A stretch of 64,000 bases of DNA from Deinococcota bacterium (GTDB taxonomy: Bacteria > Deinococcota > Deinococci > Deinococcales > Thermaceae): NCBI GenBank assembly GCA_041695225.1, contig JBGFRI010000003.1, forward strand, positions 64,001-128,000, given 5' to 3'. The stretch's first letter is position 1; each line of letters opens with the position of its first letter. Both the position numbers and the translations under genes were made by a program. The notes under the pieces were generated by a model. The model saw only the letters and a program-made list of their open reading frames with translations. It was not told the origin of the DNA and ran no database searches. This document shows, piece by piece, positions 28,517-38,253 of this stretch.

Positions 28517-30541
28517 ATGAAACGATACCTGCTTGCTTTGATGGTTTCTGGCGGCTTGGCTCAGGCTCAGTTCAGTGATGTACCCGCTGGCCACTGGGCC
28601 CGTGAGGCCATAACCCGGCTGGTGGCCCAGGGAGTTATCAGCGGTTTTCCAGACAATCGTTTTAAGGGCGACAACCCTCTAAGCCGGTATGAGGCTGCGC
28701 TGATGATTTATCGGGTCATCCGGGGGCTAGAAGCTGACCGCCTGAGCCCAGCCGATCTCGAAGTCCTTTCTAAGGCAATGCTGGAACTGCGCAGTGAGCT
28801 AATGCGCCTGGGTATGCAAATGGAGGGGCTAGTTACTCGTGAAGAGCTAGAAGAGGTGCAACGGAAGTTAGCTTTACTCGAGGCCAACCAACAGGGGGTA
28901 GACCTGGCTGCTCTACAAGAGCTGCGAAGCCTGCTGGAACAAACCGGCCTCACCGCTACCCAGGCCCTGGTACAAACCAACCTGGCACTAGAACGCATCC
29001 AGGCCCTTGGGGGTAAGATTGAACACCTTGAACGGGACCTGACCTTACTACGCGACCAGCAGACCGGCAGCATACAGACCTTGCAGGCCAGTTTAAGTAG
29101 CCTGCGCTCCGAACTAAGTGCCTTGCAGCAAGAGCTACAGACTCTGGCTGGCCGCCCAACCACCCCAGTTAGCGATCCAGCTTTCCAGCTGGCTCTGAAC
29201 CAGCAGGCCGAACGTCTGGCTGCATTTGAGCAGGCCCTGACCCGACTGGAGCGTGAGCAGACCGCCCGGCAGGCTGCCCTGGCTGCTCGCTTGCTGGCCC
29301 TGGAAGAAGCCCAGCGGCCCCGCTTTAGCCTGGAAGGGAGCCTGGCCTGGCGACAGGGTTTTGGCTATGCTCTGGGACGAGAAGGTCCAGACTCCAGCGC
29401 TGAGCGGGTACTGGGGCGCCTGCTGCTTTCTACCGAGCGGGGGAATAACCGCTTCGGCCTGGCGCTGTACTCGGGCGGGGGAGTGGGTTATACCGCCGTT
29501 GGTCTGGAGGCCCGGCTTGATAACCTCACGGTGAGGACAGTCTGGGGTGCAGGAGGGGAGTACGCTTACACCCTGGGTTATCGCCTGGGAGTAGGGGAGA
29601 GCTACCTGGCTCTGCGGGGCCAGCTGGCTAGCAAGAACATTCCGCCCCAGCTAGCGGTACCCCGGGTGGAAGCTGAAGTGCAGGGACAGTGGCAGGTTAA
29701 TTTTGCCACCTTCAGTAGGCTGGCGGCAGCAGTGCGAGTAGGTCGGGAGGCCGGGGGAGAGGTGAATAGCGACTACTTGCTGGCAAAAGCCAGCACCTGC
29801 GCACTGGAATCCTCACTGCTGGGGGCTGGCCTGGGAATGGATCTACCGTTTGGCTACCAGGGTTGGCTGCGCTTTAGCCAGCTCGAGGAGCGCACACCGC
29901 CAGGCTGCCCTACCCCCCTGGTGCTGGTGCGCCCGGTAATGGAGGCCCGGCTGCGTAGCGACGGTTTTCTGGTCAGCGACGTGTCTTATCGCACTGAGGG
30001 CCACCGGGGAGATGGCCTGGGTCAGACCTTTACCCGCAATGTGCTGGAAGCCGAGGTTGGTTTCCGCTTCGCCTTTGGCCGTGCCCAGATAGTGCCGGTT
30101 GTTGGCTACAGCCGGATCTGGTTCAGTGAGATACAGGGAGCGGCAGGAGTCTGGCCGCAGACCGAGCTGGACCATCCGGGTAGGGGAGACCGGACTACCT
30201 ACCGCCTGCGTCTGGGCTTCAGTGGCCGCTTTGACCCGGTGCAGCTGGAGGCGGAAGCCCTGTGGCGCAATACCACCTACCCTACTTATATCGCAAGCCA
30301 GTATGGGGGCAAGGGTGCTCTGATCTGGCGGTTAGATCCCTTACGGCTAACACTTGAAGGAGGTTTCTACGCAGGCAGTAACTTTAACCTGCTTACCTTT
30401 ACTCCCATCGACACCCCAGGTCTAAATACCAGCCTGGGCTGGCTGGGTCTGCGCCTGGGCTGGCCGCAGGGGGAGGTCAGCTACAGCACTGATACAGCAG
30501 GAGGAATCCGCTTTGGCCTGAGGTATAACTGGCAGTTCTAA
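28517..30541 (+). CDS. SlpA/OmpM-like outer-membrane protein (SLH + coiled coil + beta-barrel)
   Basis: Signal peptide, FSDVPAGHWA..GFPD..F.G...LSRYEAA, heptad region, beta-rich C-terminus ending in F. Confidence 0.85.
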   Translation: MKRYLLALMVSGGLAQAQFSDVPAGHWAREAITRLVAQGVISGFPDNRFKGDNPLSRYEAALMIYRVIRGLEADRLSPADLEVLSKAMLELRSELMRLGMQMEGLVTREELEEVQRKLALLEANQQGVDLAALQELRSLLEQTGLTATQALVQTNLALERIQALGGKIEHLERDLTLLRDQQTGSIQTLQASLSSLRSELSALQQELQTLAGRPTTPVSDPAFQLALNQQAERLAAFEQALTRLEREQTARQAALAARLLALEEAQRPRFSLEGSLAWRQGFGYALGREGPDSSAERVLGRLLLSTERGNNRFGLALYSGGGVGYTAVGLEARLDNLTVRTVWGAGGEYAYTLGYRLGVGESYLALRGQLASKNIPPQLAVPRVEAEVQGQWQVNFATFSRLAAAVRVGREAGGEVNSDYLLAKASTCALESSLLGAGLGMDLPFGYQGWLRFSQLEERTPPGCPTPLVLVRPVMEARLRSDGFLVSDVSYRTEGHRGDGLGQTFTRNVLEAEVGFRFAFGRAQIVPVVGYSRIWFSEIQGAAGVWPQTELDHPGRGDRTTYRLRLGFSGRFDPVQLEAEALWRNTTYPTYIASQYGGKGALIWRLDPLRLTLEGGFYAGSNFNLLTFTPIDTPGLNTSLGWLGLRLGWPQGEVSYSTDTAGGIRFGLRYNWQF

Positions 30542-30550
30542 GCCTACACA

Positions 30551-30630
30551 GTGCTATACTGGCTTTGCCGGGCCTTTCAGGCCGGGTGTCTCCTTCGGGG
30601 GACACCCGGGAGACTGTGAAGGAGGGCGCG
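30551..30630 (+). promoter_or_regulatory. Conserved promoter and structured 5' leader, copy 1
   Basis: TATACT, then 12-bp stem with UUCG loop (30582-30609); near-identical to 58095-58176 on the minus strand. Confidence 0.75.
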
Positions 30631-30960
30631 ATGGAGAAGACCTTGGAGGAGCGGGTGGTAAAGCTGGAGCAGGCTTACGAGTTTGTAGGCAAAGAGCTGA
30701 CCGGGCTAAATAGCCGGGTGGAGGGCCTGCGCCAGGAGATGGGTGGGCTGCGCCAGGAAATCGGTGGGCTAACCAACCGGATGGATAGCCTGAACAGCCG
30801 GGTAGATGTCTTGAACAACCGGATGGATAGCCTGAACAGCCGGGTAGACAAGGTGCAGGCCAGCCTGAGCCAGCACACTCTGGCCATAGCGCTGGGGGCC
30901 ATAGGTATTGTGGTGACCATGGTGGCAGGCTTTATCAGTGTGGTAACCACATTGTCCTAA
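30631..30960 (+). CDS. Coiled-coil repeat protein with C-terminal TM anchor
   Basis: 7/14-aa repeats (GLRQE, NRMDSLNSRVD), hydrophobic C-terminus; terminator GCCCCACTTCGGTGGGGC at 30983-31000. Confidence 0.8.
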   Translation: MEKTLEERVVKLEQAYEFVGKELTGLNSRVEGLRQEMGGLRQEIGGLTNRMDSLNSRVDVLNNRMDSLNSRVDKVQASLSQHTLAIALGAIGIVVTMVAGFISVVTTLS

Positions 30961-31248
30961 CCTGCCAGGTACAGGTTGCAACGCCCCACTTCGGTGGGGC
31001 TTCTTGTTGATTTGCTGGTTGAAGGCCGTAAACCAGCTTTCCCTGGTTCAGATAGCTAGGGCCTGTTGGGTGCCCGATGTACCGCGCCCCATTTTGAGAC
31101 CGCCAATGGTTCAATGGCTCTCATGAAGGCCCGGAGCCTGGGCCAATACGGTGCTACCATTCAAGTATGGTGTCTGGCAAACTGTTGCAAACAGCTCAGC
31201 TGGCAGTCTGGGTGTTTGTAGCTCCACCGGCAAGACTGAGCTAATTGT

Positions 31249-32109
31249 ATGCAAACGATTTCGGCAACTACCCCTACCCGGCCCCCACTCCGCTACTTCG
31301 GTGGGAAGTGGCAGATTGCACCGTTCATTCTGGCCCACTTCCCACCGCATCAGAGCTATCTCGAGCCTTTCAGTGGCGGAGCCTCAATTCTGCTGCAAAA
31401 GCCTCGTGTCAAGATCGAGACCTACAACGATCTGGACTCCGGTGTGGTTAATTTCTTCCGGGTTTTGCGGGAAAGGCCGAATGAACTGGTCCGATTGCTC
31501 CAGCTAACTCCCTGGGCGCGGGAGGAGTACGAGCTTTCCAGCGAACCCACCGAGGATCCCTTAGAAGCTGCCCGGCGCTTCTTTGTCCTGTCCTGGATGG
31601 GGATCGGGATGAATGCCGTTGACGGCAAGCGCAGCTTCCGCTACATAGCCAAGGCCACTGGCATCTGGAAGGCACCGGCCATGCTTTGGGATCTGAGCCA
31701 CCTCTACCAGGTAGCCGAGCGACTAATCGGTGTACAGATCATGCACGATAACGCCTTTGACCTGATTCCCCGCTTTGATCAGCCAGATACTCTCATTTAC
31801 TGCGATCCGCCCTACCTGCGGTCTACGCGGAAGAAGAAGTCTGCCAGTTACCGTGAGGAGATGGGCGAGGACGACCACCTGCGCCTGGCCGGGATACTGA
31901 ACAGCCTCAGCGCCAGCGTGGTGCTCTCCGGCTATCCCAGCGAGCTGTACGCCGACTTGTACGAGATCCACGGCTGGCAGCGCCTCGAGACCCAGACCTT
32001 CGCCAACAACTCCCGCCAGAGCGCCCGCACCGAGGCCATCTGGCTCAGTCCGCTAACCTGGCAGCGTTTGCGGCAACAGCAGCCGTTGCTTCTGAAGGAA
32101 GCAGGCTAG
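31249..32109 (+). CDS. Dam/D12-class DNA adenine methyltransferase (orphan)
   Basis: LRYFGGK, YLEPFSG, YNDLD, YCDPPY, LSGY. Confidence 0.92.
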   Translation: MQTISATTPTRPPLRYFGGKWQIAPFILAHFPPHQSYLEPFSGGASILLQKPRVKIETYNDLDSGVVNFFRVLRERPNELVRLLQLTPWAREEYELSSEPTEDPLEAARRFFVLSWMGIGMNAVDGKRSFRYIAKATGIWKAPAMLWDLSHLYQVAERLIGVQIMHDNAFDLIPRFDQPDTLIYCDPPYLRSTRKKKSASYREEMGEDDHLRLAGILNSLSASVVLSGYPSELYADLYEIHGWQRLETQTFANNSRQSARTEAIWLSPLTWQRLRQQQPLLLKEAG

Positions 32110-32129
32110 CCGCAGAGGAGGAAAACACC

Positions 32130-32471
32130 GTGTTGATACGTCCGCGTTCCCGGATCCTATCCCTCTCGATTCGGATGCCTACCGGAGGCTTAATCCTCAG
32201 TGTAGCTTCCAGCGAAGAGGTTGTTCTGTCCCAGGCTACTACCGCAGGTGGGGAGGTCTTCCGCGAGATCCGTATCCGCGAATCCACTGGTTTCCGCAGC
32301 CTGCTTGAGGTAGTGGCCGAGACCTCCTTTGAGCAGTGGTTGCTGCAAAGTCAGGCTCACTATGAGCGCTTGATCGACAATGGGCAGGTGCGCCACCAGT
32401 GGCGGATGGGCAAAATGGGCGGCAAGGGGAAGGAGGCGCGGAAAGAGGTGGCCAATTCACAGCCAACCTAG
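32130..32471 (+). CDS. Hypothetical protein
   Basis: GAGGAGG RBS, GTG start, 113 aa. Confidence 0.55.
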   Translation: MLIRPRSRILSLSIRMPTGGLILSVASSEEVVLSQATTAGGEVFREIRIRESTGFRSLLEVVAETSFEQWLLQSQAHYERLIDNGQVRHQWRMGKMGGKGKEARKEVANSQPT

Positions 32472-32502
32472 TCTGCCCGGACTCTTCTACAATCACCTTA
32501 TC

Positions 32503-33237
32503 CTAGCCTGCCAGGCACAGGGGCTTCTGTGTTTGTTGCCCAACATCGGGCATCTCATCCCAGGTACGGCCATCCAGAATCCGGCCACCCGCTTTTGGGT
32601 TCTCACCGCCCCACTGCTTGAAAAAGAAAGCAGCGCCCGCAGCGTGGGTCTGTTTTTTAATTGATCTTACCCAGCCAGCTTCAATGGGCCTGTGTCCCTG
32701 CCCTGACTCGCCGCCAACGATTACCCAGTGGATGCCCTCAAGGTTCATCTCGAGCGGCCCCAGCAGTGGCTCACAGGAAAGAAACCTTATCTTGGCGGGC
32801 ACTTTTCGCAGATAGTCAACTCGATGGGCATACTTCTGGTTTTCGACTGAAACACCCATCCAGACATTATCTGGCCACTCAAACAGGGGTGCGAGTTCAA
32901 CTAATCGCTCGTGGCGCTTGGTTAGAATCTGGTAGATATGATGGGGGGTTTCCCGCATGACTTGAAAGATGTTCTGAAGGTACGAAAAGGGCATCTGCTC
33001 GTGAAAAAGGTCGCTCATCGAATTGACAAAAACCCGACTGGGTTTGCGCCAGCGGCGGGGCTCATCTAGCCGGCCAGGATGCAAAGTAAAACGAAAGCCA
33101 CTTTGAAAGTGCTGATGAAAGCGCTTGGTTATGGTTTCCGCATAGCAGTGCTTGCACCCAGGGCTTACCTTGGTGCATCCGGTACTTGGATTCCAGGTTT
33201 TGTCTGTCCATTCAATTCCTGTGTGTGCGCTGGCCAT
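32503..33237 (-). CDS. DUF5131 / phage Gp37-Gp68 family radical-SAM-like protein
   Basis: IEWTDKTWNP.TGCTKVSPGCKHCYA, FVNSMSDLFH, SCEPLLG, VGGESG, FFFKQWGG. Confidence 0.92.
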   Translation of the reverse strand: MASAHTGIEWTDKTWNPSTGCTKVSPGCKHCYAETITKRFHQHFQSGFRFTLHPGRLDEPRRWRKPSRVFVNSMSDLFHEQMPFSYLQNIFQVMRETPHHIYQILTKRHERLVELAPLFEWPDNVWMGVSVENQKYAHRVDYLRKVPAKIRFLSCEPLLGPLEMNLEGIHWVIVGGESGQGHRPIEAGWVRSIKKQTHAAGAAFFFKQWGGENPKAGGRILDGRTWDEMPDVGQQTQKPLCLAG

Positions 33238-33427
33238 ACGCTCTAAACATAACAGCTTTTGAGCAGTGTTAAACGACTGCATCTCATGATGGTCGGTTGA
33301 GCTGAACAGCTAGGCAGAAATGCCCCTCCCCATCAGTGCCGGAGCTAGACCCGTAACAAGTTTAGGGATTCAGCCCCAAAATGTAACAAAAGAGGGGTTG
33401 CAAAACCCCTCTTTTTCCTACCTGTGC

Positions 33428-34729
33428 CTACAGGTTGACTAGCTGGTGCGTAACAACCAGCTGGGTCAAACCTTCCCGGGCAACCCGCTGCTGCAGTTCT
33501 TCACGACTACCTCGGGCGATGATTTGTTTCCTCTCTGGCAGATCGGCTGATCCTATGGCCCATCGACCACCCGCAGCACCACCCAGCATGTAGTGCGCCC
33601 CATCCACACAACCCAGATACTCCATAGGAGTATAAATCCGGTTGGGTGCTGGCAACGCCGCAAGGCTTAAGACCCCAGCCTCAATGACGGGCATGACCTC
33701 TCTGGGCAATGGCTGACGTACTTGCCAGTGCTTGTTTGCCCGATCATGGAAAAGCCAGGTAACCCCACCTTGCCGAGTCTTCAACAGGAGCCAGCACCCA
33801 TGCTGATGGACCTGGGCCCATTTAGTGCGCAAGACCCCTTTGGGAAGTCTGGCTCCAGAAGTTGCCACAACCCAGAATGCACAGCTTGGGTCGTCGGGGC
33901 GCAAATGGCCTGCCTTGAGCAAAACCCCCAGCCGCTTCTTGTGGAAAGGCCAGATCTTTTCGATCAGGCCTGGCCCGACAAGCCAGAGCGCCTTGTCCGG
34001 ATCCTCCGTTATGGCCCAGGTCTGGTCCTCGCGCTGCCAGGTTCGTTCGATCCGGTGGTTGTCGGGCAGCTGCGGATAGGCGTACAGCAGCCGTAGCCGG
34101 TTGACATTGACGAAGCGCTCCAGATCCTGGCAGAGTTCCTCCAGCGTTTCCGCTGCTTGCTGGTGGAGCCAGGCTCTAAACCCCTCCAGAAGTTGTAGCG
34201 ACCGGTCTTCCCCACCGTATATGGAGATATTCAACAAACCCTTCCCCTGGCGATCATGCAGATGGCCATTAATCAGGAGGTAGTTTTTCCTTACGACCAG
34301 ATTGCAGATACCCAGGTAGCTTTCCCCGGAGGTCTGAACCAGCAGTTCCAGGCCTGGCCGGTGGTTCGGCGACAGGGCCGGCTGGGGCCGGGCCAGCTCA
34401 GCTGCTACCTGGGTCGGAGTGGCCAGCCGGCCCAGATAATAGACCAGCCGGGAGTCCTCCAGCCCCAGCCGTGCGCTGATCGGGACGTACCGGTCTGGCA
34501 GCGCAACTCCCCTGGCCCGGAAGTAAAGCAGGTGGGCTGCCCGAAAAAGGGGACATTCCTCGGCATTAAGACCATAAGTGCCGGTCTTCGGCTCCAGCCA
34601 GGCGGCCAGCTCCTCCACTTCAGGGTTGCTTAGCAAGGGGTACTCCTCGGGTTCCAGCCAGAGAGAAAAAGATGGCAGGTCCTTGTAGGACATCTGCGGG
34701 CCGTTGTCGGTGTAACACACTTTTAGCAT
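33428..34729 (-). CDS. ~400-aa paralog family, copy 4
   Basis: Y...GP N-terminus, HLLYF, YYLG, AGHLRPDDPS..WVVATSG, GLTQLVVTHQL. Confidence 0.85.
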   Translation of the reverse strand: MLKVCYTDNGPQMSYKDLPSFSLWLEPEEYPLLSNPEVEELAAWLEPKTGTYGLNAEECPLFRAAHLLYFRARGVALPDRYVPISARLGLEDSRLVYYLGRLATPTQVAAELARPQPALSPNHRPGLELLVQTSGESYLGICNLVVRKNYLLINGHLHDRQGKGLLNISIYGGEDRSLQLLEGFRAWLHQQAAETLEELCQDLERFVNVNRLRLLYAYPQLPDNHRIERTWQREDQTWAITEDPDKALWLVGPGLIEKIWPFHKKRLGVLLKAGHLRPDDPSCAFWVVATSGARLPKGVLRTKWAQVHQHGCWLLLKTRQGGVTWLFHDRANKHWQVRQPLPREVMPVIEAGVLSLAALPAPNRIYTPMEYLGCVDGAHYMLGGAAGGRWAIGSADLPERKQIIARGSREELQQRVAREGLTQLVVTHQLVNL

Positions 34730-35025
34730 GATTCTCCTCCTATCAAGACGTAATATATACTACTCAGAGCAACCTTGGAAAGCGCCACTCCTGTTACCAG
34801 CATTCTTACACCCAAACTTGCAACAGCCACCACGCTACCCTGACCTCCTCCCTTCCTGGTCTGGTTGAATGTGCAGGCGCAAGCACAGGCGCTTGTGCTG
34901 AAGTGAGATTGTCATATAGGGGATAGAGGAGAGAAAGTTCTCTCAATGTAAGGTAGGGAGTAAAATAAAGCGTAAAGAGTAAAAGATCACTATGGTGATA
35001 TACTGGGTGGCGATAGGAGGCTACC

Positions 35026-36414
35026 ATGAAATATACGCAAGAAGAGCTAAGTAGCCCTGCTGTCTACCAGCAGGACCCGGCACTGGCTACCCTGGCCCGC
35101 CGGCTGGCCGATGCCAGCTACGAGCGCGAAGGCCGGGGGCAGATGGGTATGGGCGAGTACAAGCGCCTCTTCCTCTCCGGTCAACGGGCTGAGCAGGTCT
35201 ACGCTGCGCTGTTAGAGCAGGAAGCAGCCCAGCAGCGTAGCGAGGCGGCCCGCGAGGCGGCCCGGACCCGGCGGGAAAAGCCCGTCAACCAGGTGGCGGA
35301 AGCCCCCACCAGCTTGCCCAGGGGTGAGCCGGGCCAGTTCACCCTCGAGGTAGTGAAGCGAGGGCGGCTGTACTGGGCGGTCCGGTTACCCGGAAAGGAG
35401 TACCAGATGCGGGCCGCGATCAACACCGAAAGCCAGCACTGGGCAGAGGGTCAGACCGTTACCTTCAGCGGGGTAAAACAGCAAGACCACTCCCGCTACG
35501 GCACCCAGACGACCTATATCCCGGTCACTTCCGCGCTGGTGGAGGCCGCTGCGGCCCAGTGGGCCCGTGCTAAAGCCGAGCCGGTTGTACAGGAGATCGA
35601 GCGGGCTGCTACCGAGGGCTGGTATCCCGATCTCAAGGCCGACAAGGTGCAACAACTGGCCGGCAACTTCTTCAATGACCGGCTAGCGGCAGCCCAGCAG
35701 TTGGCCGGCAAGGTCAGGGCCGAGCAGGAGGCCAGGCGCTCTGCCGAGAAGGCTGCCCAACGGCAGCGCTGGGCGGAGGAGAAGGCCGCCCGCAAGCCTG
35801 AGCCGGCCCAGATCCGCCACCTGACCGCTGTCGAGACCGCCTATCCCCTGAATGAGCCAGTGCGGCTCTGGAACAAGGTGGTGGTTTTTACCGGCAACGG
35901 CAAATGGGTACGGATCAGCGAGGACGACCCCTCGCTCTGGGGCCACCACCTGCTGGGCTTCGAGGGAAGCCGGGGCTTCATCCAGTATGGTCGCCCCGCT
36001 ACTCCGGAGGAGACTGCTGACCTCGAGGCCCGCGAGGCCCGGGCAAAAGCCCTCAACCAGATAAGGCGGGAAGGGCTGAAGAGGCTGGAGGAGCTGTACC
36101 GTGAGGTCAGGGTAGGGGAGAACATGCTGCCCCATGAGCCGACCCACGATCCCCGAAGCCTCGGGGCAGAAGCGATCAGCTGGAACAACCGTTCGGCCAT
36201 CTACGGCACCGAGTTCTACCTGATCCTGGATGTCGTGGACGGCCAGCACTGGATCTACGCGGTGGACCGCAACCACGCGGACGGGGATGACTGGAGCCGG
36301 AACAATACCTTTCTGGGTATTACCTGGCGGCGGGCCTCGAGCCCGGCGGAGCACCAGCAGGTCCGGCGCTGGCTGGCCCAGCACCAGAAGCCCGAGGACT
36401 TCCTTGGAGAGTAA
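35026..36414 (+). CDS. Hypothetical protein
   Basis: 462 aa; TATACT-N7-GATAGGAGG leader; downstream hairpin. Confidence 0.8.
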   Translation: MKYTQEELSSPAVYQQDPALATLARRLADASYEREGRGQMGMGEYKRLFLSGQRAEQVYAALLEQEAAQQRSEAAREAARTRREKPVNQVAEAPTSLPRGEPGQFTLEVVKRGRLYWAVRLPGKEYQMRAAINTESQHWAEGQTVTFSGVKQQDHSRYGTQTTYIPVTSALVEAAAAQWARAKAEPVVQEIERAATEGWYPDLKADKVQQLAGNFFNDRLAAAQQLAGKVRAEQEARRSAEKAAQRQRWAEEKAARKPEPAQIRHLTAVETAYPLNEPVRLWNKVVVFTGNGKWVRISEDDPSLWGHHLLGFEGSRGFIQYGRPATPEETADLEAREARAKALNQIRREGLKRLEELYREVRVGENMLPHEPTHDPRSLGAEAISWNNRSAIYGTEFYLILDVVDGQHWIYAVDRNHADGDDWSRNNTFLGITWRRASSPAEHQQVRRWLAQHQKPEDFLGE

Positions 36415-36637
36415 CAGACCAAAGGACCCCCTGGCTACCAGGGGGTCAATGTTAAGAAGACCGGGATGCTACTCGAAGCCATTCATCCACACCACCAGCA
36501 CAAGCGCCTCTTGTTCCTGGAGAATGTCAACCACCCCTTCCTGAAGGGAGAGGTTTCTCGCGTAACATTATGAGCCTCCACAAAACGATTCTGGCTTCGT
36601 AGGTGGCTGGTATACTATTCCCCGATAGGAGGACAAA

Positions 36638-37792
36638 ATGATCGAGATTCAATACACCGCCATCGGCCCCCGGATCTCCTTCCGGGGTCAGGATCTGGGC
36701 TACCTGTGGGATGAAAAGCCCGCAGTATGGCCTAAGCTCTCAAGGCAGGATCTGATTGACCTGGCCCAGGGCCAGGACTGGCTTCCAGCAAGGAAGCTCC
36801 ACCAGGTGTTCTTCTGGGCCAACCAGAAGGAGATGCCAGAAGATTACCGGCCTTTAGGAGCAGTCCTGGGCTCACTAAGTAATCTTGAATCGGCCCAGCT
36901 CTGCTTCCTGGGCTATCCCACCACCCCAGAGGAAATCAAGGCTAACTGGAAGGCGGCAAGCCGGGGAATGTTGCGAGGATTCTATCTGCGCCTCAAGGCA
37001 TGGCTGGCAAATCCAGTCTCGGACTTTGACATCCGGGGGGCCCTGGCGGAATCTGATCGACCCCATCCTCAAGTACGGGGCAAGGATCTGTCCCAGGGCC
37101 GGGCAGTATGGCTAGATCCTGGTTCCAGCGACCAGGACCAGGACTGGTTGACCGTTGAGCCTGCCTGGCTGCGAGGCGACAAGCTCTGGGGGTTTGCACA
37201 TTCCCCCAGAACGCGGCGGATCTGGCTAGTAGGGCCGGAACTGGCCGCACTGGTCTCACCTGCTAATAAAGAGGTTCTTCAAGACCTTTTCCGGCAGGGG
37301 CATCTTCGCCTGGACGATCCCACGGTCTATCTCTGGCTCCAGGCCACCTCCGGCGAGGCAGTACCGGGGGTTGGGCCAACTCACTATGTTCGGGGGTGTC
37401 AGATTGGCAAGCGGTATGTCCTGAGAACCAGTTACGGGCACTGGGATGCTTGGCAGCCCGGTGGGGAGATCACCAAACTTTCCCAACTGGATGTTGAGGA
37501 GACCACCCGGCTCTTCGAGCAGGTGGGACCGCAGGCGGTGGCTCAACTGGTGTTTGAGCTAACTCGCAATAGCCACTCTGAGACTAGTTCTGCTTACTTC
37601 CTGGGCCTGGGCCGGCATAAAAAGCAGGCCTGGTTTGCCGGAAATCTCGCTGGGATTGGGTGGAGGTTGACCAGCCCTCAGCTGGGTGGGCAGACCGTCC
37701 TGGAGACCTGCTCGCTGGAAGAGCTACTCAGGGAGGTAGAACGGGTCGGGCTAGACGGGCTGCTGGCCATACACCGGCTGGCCAGGCTCTAG
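36638..37792 (+). CDS. ~400-aa paralog family, copy 5
   Basis: LHQVFFW, GHLRLDDPT..WLQATSG, GLDGLLAIHRL; first 67 aa identical to copy 7. Confidence 0.85.
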   Translation: MIEIQYTAIGPRISFRGQDLGYLWDEKPAVWPKLSRQDLIDLAQGQDWLPARKLHQVFFWANQKEMPEDYRPLGAVLGSLSNLESAQLCFLGYPTTPEEIKANWKAASRGMLRGFYLRLKAWLANPVSDFDIRGALAESDRPHPQVRGKDLSQGRAVWLDPGSSDQDQDWLTVEPAWLRGDKLWGFAHSPRTRRIWLVGPELAALVSPANKEVLQDLFRQGHLRLDDPTVYLWLQATSGEAVPGVGPTHYVRGCQIGKRYVLRTSYGHWDAWQPGGEITKLSQLDVEETTRLFEQVGPQAVAQLVFELTRNSHSETSSAYFLGLGRHKKQAWFAGNLAGIGWRLTSPQLGGQTVLETCSLEELLREVERVGLDGLLAIHRLARL

Positions 37793-37932
37793 GAACAGAG
37801 ACCATAGATGGACCGCACCCCAGGGTGCGGTCTTCTGTTGCTGTACTTTTCGGTGGAGTCTGGTAGTGCTACGGGACTTGTTAAGCATTAGGGAGTGTGG
37901 TAAGTTTGTGGTTAGTGAGAGGGACCAAATCT

Positions 37933-38166
37933 ATGACACAGCCGCTGGAGCATTACCTGAAGCTACACTACCCTGCTACTCTGGTTGCGGAGCCGGAAGG
38001 GGGCTACACTGCGCTGATTCCCGATCTGCCTGGCTGTGTTACGGTGGGACAGACGGGGGACCAGGCTATGGAGATGCTTGAGGATGCCCGGCATCTGTGG
38101 CTCGAGACCGCCTATCAGTATGGAGATGCCATCCCCCTCCCCAACATCGCTGGTCAGGACCAATAA
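37933..38166 (+). CDS. hicB: HicB-like antitoxin (orphan)
   Basis: EGGY...IPDLPGC.T.G.T...A...L.DA...W. Confidence 0.85.
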   Translation: MTQPLEHYLKLHYPATLVAEPEGGYTALIPDLPGCVTVGQTGDQAMEMLEDARHLWLETAYQYGDAIPLPNIAGQDQ

Positions 38167-38253
38167 AGGAGAGAGCATAGAACTACGCAAAAACCTCCGC
38201 ATGGTAAAAGAAAGCCCGGTCAGTGAGGAGCTGGAGGAGCCAGTGGAGGACTA

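Noticed and set aside
31111..31250. Possible short-chain dehydrogenase C-terminal remnant (TPYLNGSTV)
   Set aside because: Too short to support.
34820..34995. Purine-rich tract and short palindrome as a possible oriT
   Set aside because: No recognisable nick site and no relaxase in the window.
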